From Curvularia clavata (taxonomy: Eukaryota): a DNA stretch of 64,000 nucleotides. This document shows positions 1 through 12,610 of the stretch, piece after piece (position 1 is the stretch's first letter; every line of letters starts with the position of its first letter). The stretch covers positions 2,914,001 through 2,978,000 of the forward strand of contig CP089274.1 in NCBI GenBank assembly GCA_023920165.1, read 5' to 3'. A program made the translations under genes and the position numbers. The notes beneath the pieces are model-generated. The model was given only the letters and a program-made list of their open reading frames with translations. It was not told the DNA's origin and did no database searches.

Positions 1-406
1 CCACGCTGCGCCACACCATCCATCATCCACACCACACACAGCCGCTGCTGCTGGGAGCCTGCCAATGCAGGCAACGGGCCCTCGACTTTCCGGCCGTCCA
101 TCCACGACTGCCCTCTACCCGAGCGCCAGGCCGTGAGAGGCGCCCGTCTCCACAACACAAACCAGGGTTCTTTTCATGCGACCTGAAACACCGCACCCGC
201 CCCTGATAGCCGTATCAGCCCCTCGCCTGCCTGCTTCAAAACATATTTTCAGGCACTTCAACTGCAACCCCGGGTCCCCATTTACATACCCCTCCATCGC
301 CGTGTCTGCTGCACAATCCTGCGAGTCCCCGCTGCAATACGGTCCTGAACAGCATCAGCCTCATTAAACAGTAATTACCAAACAGTCGTTCTTTGCACGA
401 GCCTCC

Positions 407-1359
407 ATGTCCATGTTTCAGGTCATGAACCGGAAGCGCGATCGGGACGATGATGACGACTCCGACTTTGACGACGACAGGTACACGAAGGCACGTTGGC
501 CTACCATACAAGCGTCAGCTCTGGCTAACTGGGACCCTAGAAATTGCGACCAGGCTTTGCTCACCACACAAACAATGGCCACTTTCAATATCAGCAGCAG
601 TCGAGTTTGCCCCACCGGCCCTTCCACACGCCATCTCCACCTAGATTGTTCACTGACGTTCGTTCCATGACGCCGGTACTGTCAGACCGCGGGGGGCTAG
701 ATTCGCCAGATTCCATCCAAGATGGCTTTTTCAGCATATCAAGAGAGTCGAGCAGAATGGATTGCGACGTGGATATGGACGATGACATAGATGTACGAAG
801 CCAGCCGCCAGAATCGCCTGCAATCAGCTCCTTTGGCAACAGCTTCATGCGACCACCCATGCTCCGACCATCATTATTCAACTCCGACTCTGTTAACAGC
901 AATGGCCGGATACCAACACCTATCCATCCTTCTTTTAAACGGGGCGGCATGAGCGGTATAGGCTACCCGAACAGTGGCTCAGCCGGGGGAATGGACGTGA
1001 ACAGCATGCCTGTGCCATGCATGCAGCAACCACCACCGGTATGGAAAGGATGCAAGCAAGGTGCCAACGACGACCGAAGCAGACGCATGCCTTCGCCCAT
1101 TTCAGAGGACGACGATATTCCTGATACACCCACTGCCCTCACCCAGTCGCAGCTGTCGCGCCTTTCCGTCTCGCCAGCCACCACGGCTGAGGCCATGGAC
1201 ACGGAGATACGCCCGACGGCTGCCTCACCCAATACGCCTCGTGGCCGCAAGCGAAGCGGTGCGCTGACAGGCATGGGCCGTTTCAGCATGGGCTATCGGG
1301 ACGATTGCGAAAAGTGTCGGCAAAGAGTACCGGGCCATTATTCGCATTTTCTACCCTAA
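407..1359 (+). CDS. Hypothetical protein (~300 aa), mostly disordered, with C-terminal MGYRDDCEKCRQRVPGHYSH motif (putative CCHH zinc site)
   Basis: Exons 407-490 and 541-1359. Intron 491-540 has an AAG|GCACGT donor, GCTAAC branch and CTAG acceptor; this junction joins ATG407 to the long ORF (...DDRYTK|KLRPGF...). Confidence 0.75.
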
Positions 1360-2882
1360 ATACCCTCTCTTTGGTTTCTCTCTATTCCTAACATCCTTTT
1401 TCTTTGGTTAATTGCATACGTCATTATCAAACGCTCACGACCTGTCTATCTCTATTTCTCTCATTCATTTTCTAGGCACATGACCGGTTAGGCGGGGTTG
1501 CGGTTTTTGGATAACGCTCTTATTTTGCGCGTTTGGCGCTCGGTGGTATTGTGGGTTTCGTGGAACGCACAGCTTGTGCTTTACACATACACATATAGTA
1601 CAGTACATACACTACACGCCTCACTGATTGGGCTTGGCATAGGCTTGGGTACAAGGCATTTGTTCTTCCTCTATCTTCCTCTCTTTTTGTATATTGATCA
1701 ACGGCATTTCAGAACCAAGAGGTTGGGTATCCCGATGATCTCCGCTAAATAAACAGGATTCCAACAAGATGCGGGGATGGCACGTAGTGTATGTGGGGGA
1801 GAATGGGTACGCGGAGAACAAAGCCGCGCAGGGCAAGTCCGAAGCTACGGACGGCCATGTGTGTACATAGTAACTATGTTGTCACCATCCAGTATGCAAG
1901 CCAACGGACGGACGGACGGATGCTCGGCCATTCAGTCGGACAAACACATGCTCCCAAAGGGCCCTATCTATGACGCCATCATCCATGGATTCTTAATCAA
2001 TTCCAACATGAACATCTCTATCATCTGTCTTCTATGCAACATTCCACATCCCCTGATGTTTTCCTGTTTCCTAAAGAAGAGGTATGGAGGAAAAAAGCAA
2101 GTTTACCCTTGTCGTTGGATTTGCCTTGCTCAGCCTTACTGTTTTGGGTCAACTATGTATGGATTTAAACTTTGCTGTTGAGACGGTGTATGACACGCCT
2201 ATGACGCTTGTTTTGTAAACGGTAGGTTAGGATGACTTGGCTGCGTATGTTGGTTTCGTTTTTTTTTTCGGGGGAAGAAAAGGCTGCGAAACGGGTTCGT
2301 ATGCTTGGCTTATTCGTTTTAGGATTAATAATAGACCATGGACTGTATAGACATGTAAAGAGTGAGACGCTAGAAGCGCAAGAGAATAGAAATCGCAGAC
2401 AATGTAGAATGGTTAATTGTAGAATTAATCTATCTAAAGTAATGAAACATGAACAAGGCAAATCACATGCCATGATTCCCTTATTCCCTTCCTTAGCCTG
2501 CTAATCAACACATGAAGATCCCCAAGAAAAACACAGACTCCTGTCAAAACACCTAAAAACACCTCAAACACCGATTCCCATGCGACAGAAATGCTAAACA
2601 AAACAAAACAAGTCCCTTCTCTAACCAAGCAGGCAATGTAGTGGTAATGCATCGATGCGAGAAGAAGATGAGAAAAGAGAGAATGAACGCCTCCCAATGA
2701 GCTTTGCCTTTGTCGCAACCAAATGAAGAAGACGATGATGTATGTGCGCCGCCCATTGCATCACTCCAATTCCGTTTGTTTTCGTAACCATATTCAAATC
2801 CATGTCGCTCATGTCCGTGTCATAAGTGTGTGGGTACAATTGTACTTCGGTTATACCAAGCCATGCCTGGTGATGTCGCGTT

Positions 2883-5477
2883 CTACGCGGACTTAGGATG
2901 CTGCTCAACGAGCCACTCCATGACGCTCTCATAGCAGAGGACGAACTGTCGTAAACTCTGTACCATGCTGAGGCGTTGTAGACGGAAATCTTCGACGGTC
3001 TTCGCAATGAGATCAATGTCCTCATTGTTCACCCAGTCGTCATCATCCTTTTCTTTGTTGTTGTTGGAATTGTTGCTGCTTTGCCTCGCATGGCGGGCTT
3101 GTCGTTGTCGCTTAAGCATGTCCAAAACTGAATCAACAGTGCAGAATGTGCCGGTACGTCCGCATCCAGCTGAGCAGTGTACAATGACTGGACGTGTGTT
3201 AGGTGGGTCGGGTTGCGAAGGCGAACCGCCGTTGACTGAGCGCACAACGGCATCTGTTTGCTCAATCAGACCCAGAAGGTGAGTGGGATGTGCTGGCGCG
3301 CCAAAGTCAGGCCAGTGAGAATATTGAAGCTGAGTAATCTCACGCATGCGCTCGAATGGCTCATTGTCGTTGGAAAGAGTAAACTTGCGGACAGTGACGT
3401 AGGGTTGCTCCTGGTTAGGAGTAGTGGTCGCCTCGGTGGTGAAGTTGGCGAGCCTAGGCGGGTTGGTTGACCTGCGCTGACCCATGGATGGTCGGGACTG
3501 CTCTCTATGGCGATGGATCTTGGACGGCTCCAACGATGCCTTGTGTTCACCGAGACTATTTAGGTGAAGATGCCCGTACTTCTTTTCTGACCAGTAGTTG
3601 TGCGCCTTGACCTGTCCGCCTTCTTGCTCGGCGGTCAGCATGACAATGACACGAACATCCTGCTGCCACACAACGTTCCAAAAGTCCTTAAAGGTAGCCG
3701 GTATGGGACCTTGCGTTGCGATATAACGCTTGTTTGAATATGCGGCTTTAACATGGTTGGCATTGACATAGTCGCAGCTTCCTTCGGCTACTCCCTCAAG
3801 CTTGACACGGGTGTGTTCGTATGGCCAAATGTTGTTGTAGCGGTTTTTGGATCCCTTCTCGATACCGGCAATCTGGATATGTTCAGATGGGCTGTTTCCT
3901 GAAGACGATGGGGCGTCGTAGATGACTTGGCCAGACAAGGCCTTTTGCATTCGCTTCTGCTCGCGCTTTTCAATCTGCAAGAAACGCTCGGCTACCGTCT
4001 TGCCCTTGTCTTGGGGCCTTGAGGCGGCCTGGAGCCACCTCGGGAGGTCCTCTTGCACTGACTGGGTTATGCCTGCGGGCAGCTTCACAGGCATTTGGCC
4101 GACACCACCAATCAAGTCCATATTTTGCCGGATGTTGCCAAAAAACGGATTTGCCGCGTTTTGCGTCGCGGGCATGGGACAGCCACCAATCACAGGCGCA
4201 ACCGCCGGCAAATCGGAGTTAAGACTCAGCGCGGCGGTGCCAGACGTTGGGCTTCCCGAGCCCTGTGACGTGATCCATGATGGGAAAGTTGACGAGAAAT
4301 CTTGGAAACCTCCACGAATGATGAAGGTGCCGCCGGACCATCCCTCACTGGTGAACTTCTTGAGTGTGTTAACGCAAGTCGTTGCGTCCTTGAGCTGAGA
4401 CGAATTGGCGTCGTAGACAATGATGTGTTTGCAGCTTTTCCAGCGTTCAAACTTTTCTCTTTGTTCATCTTGTTTGAACGTCTCGGCAAGTTTTTGGACG
4501 TTAAAGGATGCGCGTTTAAGTAGAGTGGTTGGAATACACAAACTCAGTGCACCTGTGATGTGAGACTTTGCATATTGTGTTGAGACGCGGAGATCGAGCA
4601 GGAGGACCTCTTCGACCGAGGATTGCAGCACGTTGACGACGTGCTGGGGAGTCGCCATGGTAGGGCCGTCGGTGCCATTACCTTCCTCAAACGTCGCAGG
4701 CAGCGTCTCGGAGCGGCTCGATCTTGAAATGTGGGCGATACGGGACTGCGTGTAAGGCAATGATGGGCATGGCACACGCGGTTCGGCGAATTGTGCTACA
4801 GCATCTGAGCGGCCAGGTCCATCGAAACTAGCAGGTGAATTCCGTCGCGGGCGGTCGGGGAATAAGGCAGACTCGTCGGACAGCATGCGCTTGGGTGAGC
4901 GTGGCTTGGGAGACAGATCTTGGTCGTCGCTGGAGTCGCTCTTGCTCTCTGGTCGGTCGGGAGGTGGCATCGACTGTGAATAGGACAGCTGAGAGGAGTC
5001 AAAGCTGCCGAAGAAGGAACCTTTTGAAGTTGCTTTTAGACCGGGTGAAGCAAAGTCGAAACTGCCGAGTGCGAAGGCGCGGTTGTTTTCCGACTGTTTC
5101 TTAAACTGCTCAAACTCTGGGTTCTGCTCGACGGGTATGACCCTGGGTGATGCTGCGGCTGTTGAGCGGACATTAGAATTGGGCGGACTCCAATTGCCAC
5201 GGATGTGCTGAGCAGCGCTCGAGGAGAAGTGGTCGGTGTTGCTGACGGCTAGGCCAAAGTAGTTGGGCGAGGGGGTAGAGGGCTCCTTTGGTTTTTGCGA
5301 CGCCACATGGCTAGGCGTCTTTGCTACGCCATTCATGCGGGGCGTCAGAGGGGGGATTGCGCTCGAGGTGTGTATTGAGTTTGTTGGTCGGGTCATTGGC
5401 GTCGATCCCGAACCGCGGGGGCGAGAGGAAGTGTGTGAGGGACCGCGCGGGCGTGGCGATAGGACAGGTGTGGACAT
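2883..5477 (-). CDS. Tyrosine-protein phosphatase with N-terminal rhodanese domain (Pyp1/Ptp2/Ptp3-like MAPK phosphatase), 864 aa
   Basis: Intronless ORF with first ATG at 5477 (MSTPVLSP). Rhodanese LLLDLR..Y..SHI.GA; PTP motifs KNRYNNIWPY, WPDFG, HCSAGCGRTG and QRLSMVQS. Confidence 0.93.
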   Translation of the reverse strand: MSTPVLSPRPRGPSHTSSRPRGSGSTPMTRPTNSIHTSSAIPPLTPRMNGVAKTPSHVASQKPKEPSTPSPNYFGLAVSNTDHFSSSAAQHIRGNWSPPNSNVRSTAAASPRVIPVEQNPEFEQFKKQSENNRAFALGSFDFASPGLKATSKGSFFGSFDSSQLSYSQSMPPPDRPESKSDSSDDQDLSPKPRSPKRMLSDESALFPDRPRRNSPASFDGPGRSDAVAQFAEPRVPCPSLPYTQSRIAHISRSSRSETLPATFEEGNGTDGPTMATPQHVVNVLQSSVEEVLLLDLRVSTQYAKSHITGALSLCIPTTLLKRASFNVQKLAETFKQDEQREKFERWKSCKHIIVYDANSSQLKDATTCVNTLKKFTSEGWSGGTFIIRGGFQDFSSTFPSWITSQGSGSPTSGTAALSLNSDLPAVAPVIGGCPMPATQNAANPFFGNIRQNMDLIGGVGQMPVKLPAGITQSVQEDLPRWLQAASRPQDKGKTVAERFLQIEKREQKRMQKALSGQVIYDAPSSSGNSPSEHIQIAGIEKGSKNRYNNIWPYEHTRVKLEGVAEGSCDYVNANHVKAAYSNKRYIATQGPIPATFKDFWNVVWQQDVRVIVMLTAEQEGGQVKAHNYWSEKKYGHLHLNSLGEHKASLEPSKIHRHREQSRPSMGQRRSTNPPRLANFTTEATTTPNQEQPYVTVRKFTLSNDNEPFERMREITQLQYSHWPDFGAPAHPTHLLGLIEQTDAVVRSVNGGSPSQPDPPNTRPVIVHCSAGCGRTGTFCTVDSVLDMLKRQRQARHARQSSNNSNNNKEKDDDDWVNNEDIDLIAKTVEDFRLQRLSMVQSLRQFVLCYESVMEWLVEQHPKSA

Positions 5478-7545
5478 GGTGTGGGACCGTGCGCACGCGT
5501 CAAGACGAGGCGTGGACGTGGTAAAGGAAAAATACAAGTAAAAGCAAGTTGGTCAGGGTGCAGAATAATAGGGACGGGAGAGCATGAAATTAGAAGGCGC
5601 AAACGGAGCGGGTATTGGTGAATTGTCAGCGTGTTGGGGGGCACTGCTGTGCGTGGGTATGGTGGGGATTGCCGTTATGACGTAGGCAGGGGGCCAAGTG
5701 TGAGGCGATAGGCTTTGGCAGCAGCACGCGCGCACACACAGCCAGGCACACGACAGACGGACAGGCACAGCCCTCGATGGAGCGAGCCGTTAGAGGGCGC
5801 CGTTAGAAAAAGGCCCTTCTTTTGTGCTGCCTGAAAAGACGATGACGGTAGGCCAGAGAGTCGTGGACAATTGGCGGCAGGGGACAAAAAGTTGGCGGGC
5901 GTGGGTTGAGCACCGACGCAGGGACCGGATCCAGAACCAGCAAAGGAGGCGGGAGGGGAGCTGGAGGGTGGCCGGGCTGGTCCCGTGACAGGCGGGAGGG
6001 TAGGGCTGAGAGGATAAAAAAAGACCGAGCAGGGCGGAAGAGAGGCCGGCGGAGCGTGGCAGCGATGCTGGGCGAAGGGCGGAGGATGGTGATGGGAGGG
6101 AGGTGCAGAGAGAGGGAATCGATGTATCGGCGATCGAGCGTCTTATGGGCAATCGAAGAAAAGAGCCGTTTCCAAGGCACAGCGATGGGGCTAGCTCGCC
6201 TACGCTGGGTCCGACAATCGCATACTAAAACCGCCCTGTCGCCCCTGTCCATTGCGACATACGACTTTCTAGCGTGGCCGGCCTATGCCAACGGCTGCGA
6301 GGCGCTCCTTGCTCCCTGCTGCCAGCTGCTCGACGCCTTTGTTTCTTTTGGGCCCATCACGCTGCGGGTGCGGGTGCGTGGCCAGCTGGGTACCTACGTG
6401 TCCAAGGCCGTCGAGGGCACATGACCGGGCGCGCGAGGACAGCAGGCAGGCGGGTGAATAGGGTCTCCTGGGACGACGAGGTGGAGGCGCCGCAGTGGCG
6501 CACGCGAGTGGTGGGCACAGGCGGGCGGTGGCTGTCCGAATGATGATGATGACGAGATGGACTGAAACGACTTACTCAACGCACAAAGCTCGGGAGCCCT
6601 TGGCCTTGGGCTGATCGCCGTCCAAAAGGGTAGGTGGGGAGCTCTCGTCGTTCGCCGGAAACAGTGATTGTCGCAACCCAGACCAGTCTTCCATCCTCGC
6701 ATCCCGACAAAACCCAGCCCGCCAGACCGCCAGTTCGTCACCGGCCATGTCACCCGCCAATCCAAAATGCCTCGCCCACTTATCCCTGTTGCCACTGCTG
6801 TTCCTCTTCGGCCCGCTCTGTTCAGGCACTTGCACCTGTCCCTAGGTCTACCGCTGCACGTCCTTCGCCGAACTGCCCCCTCTTGGCTACGGTACATGAG
6901 AAAAGAGAAAAAAAAATACGTGACGACATGAAAAAAAAAAGAACAGCAACCATCAACACGAACCTTGTTGCCTGCCTTACAACGCCATGAGGGCGGGGTC
7001 GAGAGGTTCTGCCAGTCACGACGACCTCGCCGACTCGGTTGACAGCACCGAGACATGCGCGTGACATGCCCAACACCTGCTCTCCATCAACCTGGTAGCA
7101 ATACTTGGTGCCTTGTTTTACTTTACAAGAGTGACCTGTCAGCGTTCCAATCTGCGCCCGACCCAGTGTTTTCGCCTCGACTTGTACCGACGTTCTTGAG
7201 TACACATACAAACTACTTCTACCACCTTGCCGAGTCGGGATAGCCACCGAGCAAATGGCTCGTCATGGTATTGTCAATATGCACATGCCAAAGTCACAAA
7301 TTCCTGTCATACCTAATGCGCCATGGCCCCGCCCCACCCAACTTAAAAACAAAAAACAAATAACGCCAGGATATAATGCGTCCCTTTTGCGCCCAAACTC
7401 GATAACAGCGCACTCAACAGCAAAAGCACCCATTCCACTGCGTCCAATCACCCCTTTGCTTATCGCACGCGCTGCCCTCCAAACACTGACACCATATACT
7501 CCCACACCACTTCCACACCATTTCCACACCTACTCATACACACCG

Positions 7546-9408
7546 CTACATCTCCATCCTCTCCGTCGCCGGTTCTGATGAACGGGTATGGCTGTGCTTC
7601 TTCGAACCGTCGTAGCATATCAGTCCAAAAAAGCCCTCAGACGTACACGACGTAGTGGTACCTGTCGGTTGAGGTGTCGGCGTAGACTTGTGGTGGTGGT
7701 GATGCGTCTTCTTGGGCGGGTCATCACCGTCTAGACAACCACCAAACCAGCCTGGATACTTGCACGACGACGTCGACGTGGGCGACGACGAAGTCGTCGT
7801 CACTGAAGGCGCCGGCGCAACCGTCGTCGTATAGGTCATTGTCGTTGTTGTCGTCACCTCATCTTTGCAGCCGAACCACCCTGGTGTCTTGCATGTCGAC
7901 GTCGTCAGCGTTGTCGTCACCGTCGTCTTGCTTGGTGGCTTTGTCGTTGATTCATCCAGGCATCCCCACCAACCAGGTGTCTTGCATGTCTCGGTTCTGG
8001 TGCGACTAGTTTCTCTTGACGTTGATGTTGCTGTATGTTTGGTGCTTGTCGTGCTTGTCTCCGTGCCGTTGCTCTCAAAGTACTCCCAGGTAAAACAATC
8101 CGTGCAGTCAACGTAGGCCTCGCACTTGGGCGGCTTGTCATACTTTTGAATCACATCTCGAATCACTTCGACAATCTTGTGCGTGCCAATGCCCACACGC
8201 CACCCAAAGTCCTTGACTGTGTCGTACACGCACTTCTGCCCGGTGTGACAGACGCTCTGCAGCGCATAGCCGCCAATGGTACACACACTCGTAGCGGAAT
8301 TGCACGTGCCCATGTAGATTGGGTCTGCTGTATGCCCAAAGTGGAACCCGCCTGTGTGCTTGCGCTGCTGAAGCGAGCCTATCTGATGACCTGGTGGTAC
8401 AGGCAGACCCAGGCGCGAGGCTGGCATGGCCTCGGGCACCGCCTCAAATGTCACAGCCGGATGTCCAAAGGTCAGAGAGAGGAAGGACGACACCGCGCCA
8501 CCGAGGGAATGGCCCGCCATCCAGATCTCAGCATCAGGGTACAGCGCAGTAACATTGTGATACAAGTCCTGGGCGGCATAGTAGTAGCGGTTCTTGTCGC
8601 GGAGCGCAGTGACGAGGCAGGTCGAATTGCACCTGTAAGCCGACGTTTGGCAGTCGCAGACCTGCCGCCACAGATATTGCCCGCCCTGACCGCAGCAACA
8701 GCTGAAGAACAAGTTGTCGTTGATCTTGTCGTTTGTTGTTGTCTCGGAACCGTCGAACATGGCGGGCGAGGTACCCTTCAAGCCTATGACGACAGTCCTG
8801 TTCTCCGTGTCGGCAAAGATATGTCCGCGCAGGCCGTCCGACTCCCAGCCAAAGTCTTCGGTGTAGTTGAAACCCCCGCCGACGTCTTGCCATTCTCCGG
8901 TGTGCGGCTCTAGTATGTAGGCGTTGGAAGCCATGCGCGCGAAACTGAGCACCGTCTCCTTGTCCGTCACGTTAGGCCCCGGAATCTCGTCCATAGTCCA
9001 GTCCTCCTCTGCAAGTTGCACAGCTCTTCCGGTCATTCTGCCCCAATCCAATATGCCGTTGATCGTCTCTTTGCTTCTGTCTGCGAGTCTCTGTATGGTC
9101 ATGGCCTCGGACTTGACGCGCAGCCGTGGTACTGGCTCGCGGTCGGTCGGGTCCTCGTCGGCGGCCATCCATACTGTTGCCTGTTCGGGCACGTCGAGCC
9201 GCCTGTGCAAGTCGGGATACTTGTACGTTCCATGGTGGAAAATGTGTCGGAGAGAAAACTCCTTGTCAGTGCTGTGGGTGCTGGGTGGGAGAGGTGGTGG
9301 CGGCAGGATGGGTAGGTCTGGGGCGCTACTGACGCATGCGGCAAGGAAAGAGAGCAGGAACGAAGCCGCGATGCGTGATGTCGAAGTACATAACGGGCGT
9401 TGTCGCAT
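7546..9408 (-). CDS. ATG15: Autophagy lipase Atg15 (~620 aa)
   Basis: N-terminal hydrophobic anchor, [35 protein letters not shown], lipase [20 protein letters not shown], and a Thr-rich Cys-repeat tail. Confidence 0.93.
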   Translation of the reverse strand: MRQRPLCTSTSRIAASFLLSFLAACVSSAPDLPILPPPPLPPSTHSTDKEFSLRHIFHHGTYKYPDLHRRLDVPEQATVWMAADEDPTDREPVPRLRVKSEAMTIQRLADRSKETINGILDWGRMTGRAVQLAEEDWTMDEIPGPNVTDKETVLSFARMASNAYILEPHTGEWQDVGGGFNYTEDFGWESDGLRGHIFADTENRTVVIGLKGTSPAMFDGSETTTNDKINDNLFFSCCCGQGGQYLWRQVCDCQTSAYRCNSTCLVTALRDKNRYYYAAQDLYHNVTALYPDAEIWMAGHSLGGAVSSFLSLTFGHPAVTFEAVPEAMPASRLGLPVPPGHQIGSLQQRKHTGGFHFGHTADPIYMGTCNSATSVCTIGGYALQSVCHTGQKCVYDTVKDFGWRVGIGTHKIVEVIRDVIQKYDKPPKCEAYVDCTDCFTWEYFESNGTETSTTSTKHTATSTSRETSRTRTETCKTPGWWGCLDESTTKPPSKTTVTTTLTTSTCKTPGWFGCKDEVTTTTTMTYTTTVAPAPSVTTTSSSPTSTSSCKYPGWFGGCLDGDDPPKKTHHHHHKSTPTPQPTGTTTSCTSEGFFGLICYDGSKKHSHTRSSEPATERMEM

Positions 9409-9450
9409 GTTGTGGAAAAGCAATGGTAAAGACTGCAGGTGTCCAGATAG

Positions 9451-9472
9451 GAAGAAGAAGAAGAAGAAGAAG
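9451..9472 (+). repeat. (GAA)7 microsatellite just upstream of the ATG15 start codon
   Basis: gaagaagaagaagaagaagaag read directly. Confidence 0.9.
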
Positions 9473-9979
9473 GAAAGGATGAAGACTCGTGATAGCTCGG
9501 AGCAGGGGAGCTGCGGCTGTCTCTATGCAAGCACAAGCATCTATGACGATCCGTGGTTCACTTGACCCCAGACGCGTTGGCGGCCGCCACTTGCATGCAC
9601 TTAGGACGCACTTGCACGTGCGGGGGAATCGATAACAGCAGCAAGCTCCAGGTAGCTTCAACTCCCCCCACCCCTATCGCACGCCAATCACACGCCAATC
9701 CGCCAAACCTCACCACGGCCGCTCGTTAGCCCTCCCTCCTCTTCCCGCCCCAGCAATCCCCCGTCATTTTGCATGTCTTGGTCGTCTCGTCGCATCAGGA
9801 TCCAGACGCCGCCCGGTGCTCGCGGAAGTGCCGCCGCATGACGTGAGCGTATGTAGTCGACACAAGTTTCACCATCTTTCCTTTCGATGTCGGCACACGA
9901 CACATTTGGACTCCCCTGATACATCTTACCATTATATACTACTACCGCCGTCGCCGTCGCCGCTGCCATCGCTGTCACC

Positions 9980-12240
9980 ATGGCCGACCGTCCCAAGAAC
10001 CTCCATCCTTCACGTTCTTTTACCCGTCTAGAAACTGCCCAAAAAAGTCCGCTATCCCGAAGCCGTGCAAGCACACTACAAGGAACACATTCGTCAGACA
10101 TGCTGGATCCCTTGAAAGCTGCAGTACTGCCAGAGGAGGATGAATCTACCGAAGGGGACGTGTTTGCGAAGAAAGTCGAGGACGAAGAGGAAGATGCCCA
10201 AGAATCAAAGACACTAGATACATTCGAGGAACTGCCTATAGAGATTCGCAGCTTGACTGAGAGGTACCCATCGGTACCCGCACGCTTCGAATGGGCTTCT
10301 GACGTGTACATAGATTTCTTGAGTCCCTGACCGCCAGAGTACATCCTACCCCGTTGTCTGCCGATGCCCTCGCCGAGCTCTTTCAGGACTTCTACGGCCG
10401 TGCCTCCTCCAAGATAAATACGCACATAGCAACACTGTCAGCCCGGCTAACAAGTGAATCCTTTGTCGCGGATTCAAAGAAGAATGCCACTCCATCAAGC
10501 AAGCCCAGCTCAATACGGAAGGGAAGTGATCAGTCAGGAGAGCAGCAAATGCTCAGTGCAACCGAGATGGCCGACCGCAAAAAAGCACGAAAAGCGCTCG
10601 AGGTCAAACGATTAGCACTTGAGGAGGCTGTCGAGCGGGCAGTATGTGAGAAGGTTTACGAAAAAATATGGCGGCACAGGAGTACTGATGACGAGGAGAG
10701 AGACCACAAACTCAGGTCACGAACAGCGGCTCTCTCTCTGGTGGGTATCGGCCTACAGGAGCTCTTAATGACTGGCGAGGAATTGACAGAAGAAGAGCGC
10801 CAGAAAGCAAAAGAGAAGGAACCTGAGATTCGAGAGTATCTGTCCGCAGCGCGGGAAGACTTGCTTAAAATGAACGACGAAAAGTATCCCCTCGGCAAGG
10901 TACAGCATCTAACTGCTACGCACAAATCCATTGTCGAAGCACTGTCCAAGATCTTTCCTGCCACTTCGTCTGCAGATGAAATTCTCCCAACCCTCATCTA
11001 TGCACTCATCACTATGCCACCCGTTCACCTGAACGTTATAAGTGATTTGAACTTTATTCACCGCTTCCGTGCTGCGAGTCGGATGGATGGCGAAACAGCC
11101 TACTGTCTGGTCAATCTTGAGGCAGCCATCTCGTTCCTAGAAACAGTTGACCTCTCCTCACTACGTTCCGAGGAGACCGCTTCTGGAAAGCCAGAGTCAA
11201 GACCTGGGACGCCCAAATCAGAGATAACACCTATGCCGTTAGGCTTGTCAGATGCCCCAGATCTCATCCAAACACCCGCCACCCCGACCAGCAAAAACGC
11301 ACCAAAGGAACCATCGAGCCCTACGACTACCAAAGCCCAACGCCGCTTGAGCAATCTCATACAAACTCAGACCAATAAGATCGAGGCTGCCTCTGATGCG
11401 GTGCGCGAGTCAATCTTAGACTCGGCGGATCAAGCCCTCGGGAGGATCAACACCACCCTTGACACAAGCTTTAAATTTTTCTTCGGTGGTCTCAAGGAAA
11501 AGAACCCCAACGGTCCGCTGCAAGCACAGCCAGAACTTCCCAAGACGTTGGAAGATGCTAGGAAACTTGTAAATTCCCCTACTCGCGCAGATGGCGACGA
11601 TGATAATCTGAGCGTCAGCGCGGCGAGTTCGATCCAGGGCGAGGAGGCACCAGAGAACATCAGCAGAGGGCTGGATGCGAAGATGGCTGATATCTTTGGC
11701 GGTAAGAGACAAATCAGAGATCGTAGTGTCGACTCGACTAGGTCAGGTGGTAGCAACAGCGGACGACGAGTCACTTTTACATCTGCACCGAGCGCAGAAG
11801 AAAAGACGCCGTCGCCTGCACCAGCCAAAACAGAACCTCCACAGCCAAACAATATTTCCGCCGTTGATTCACTTCGCAACATGGGTACCAACTTCAACCC
11901 CCTGAATCGTTTCTCAAGTATGAACGTACTGCCCCGTTTTGCGCGTGCTGTCAGCAGCAGCAGCAGCACTCCAGTTGTATCTTCGCCAAGCCAGGAAACA
12001 CCAAAGACATGTCCTTCACCCGAACCACTCAGTCGAACAACAACAGCAGAAATGCCTGTGCCAGACGAAAAGGGAGCAAAGGCAATTGCTGCTTTGGAGC
12101 AATTGAAGAAGACACCACCGCCTGTGAAGCGCTTTCTTGAAGCCAAAGATGCACAGGATTTAAAGTTGAAAGAGGTAGATGAGTTGCTGAAGGAGTATCA
12201 AAGACTAGCTGGGGCATTGAGATCAGCAATCAACCATTGA
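9980..12240 (+). CDS. VPS9-domain Rab5 GEF (Muk1/Vps9-family), ~736 aa
   Basis: Exons 9980-10263 and 10314-12240 (intron GTACCC..CTGAC..TAG; junction TER|FLESL). VPS9 motifs SADEILPTLIY and GETAYCLVNLEAAISF. Confidence 0.88.
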
Positions 12241-12610
12241 GTATTCCATTCTTGATTGTTATATCTGGTTAGAAAAGTTTAGACCATCATTCATAGACCC
12301 CCCTTGTTAAGCATAGTGAGAGGGATACACAAATTCGATGCGTGACTATTTTATTAAGTCCTTTCCAAAGTTCTCCAGTCTAAAATTTGATTATGCACCA
12401 TATGTTATTCCTTACAAAGCTCAACGCAACGGCATTCATGGTTTTGGCAGTCTTTTGTCTGTCGGTCAAACCGGGGGTTACCAAGTTGGGAAGGGGCAAC
12501 AACGTGCACGGACATGTAAACAAGCCACCACAACACAAGACCAACATTCCCAAACGCTCTCCACACTGCTGCACTAACCACCCACAGGCTTGACAGTCCC
12601 AGTCGTAGAC

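Noticed and set aside
5478..7545. ORFs of 120-220 aa upstream of the PTP gene, and similar ones at 17168-19115 and 23200-25500
   Set aside because: Overlapping GC-rich, low-complexity ORFs with no motifs or consistent splice structure; consistent with promoter or UTR DNA.
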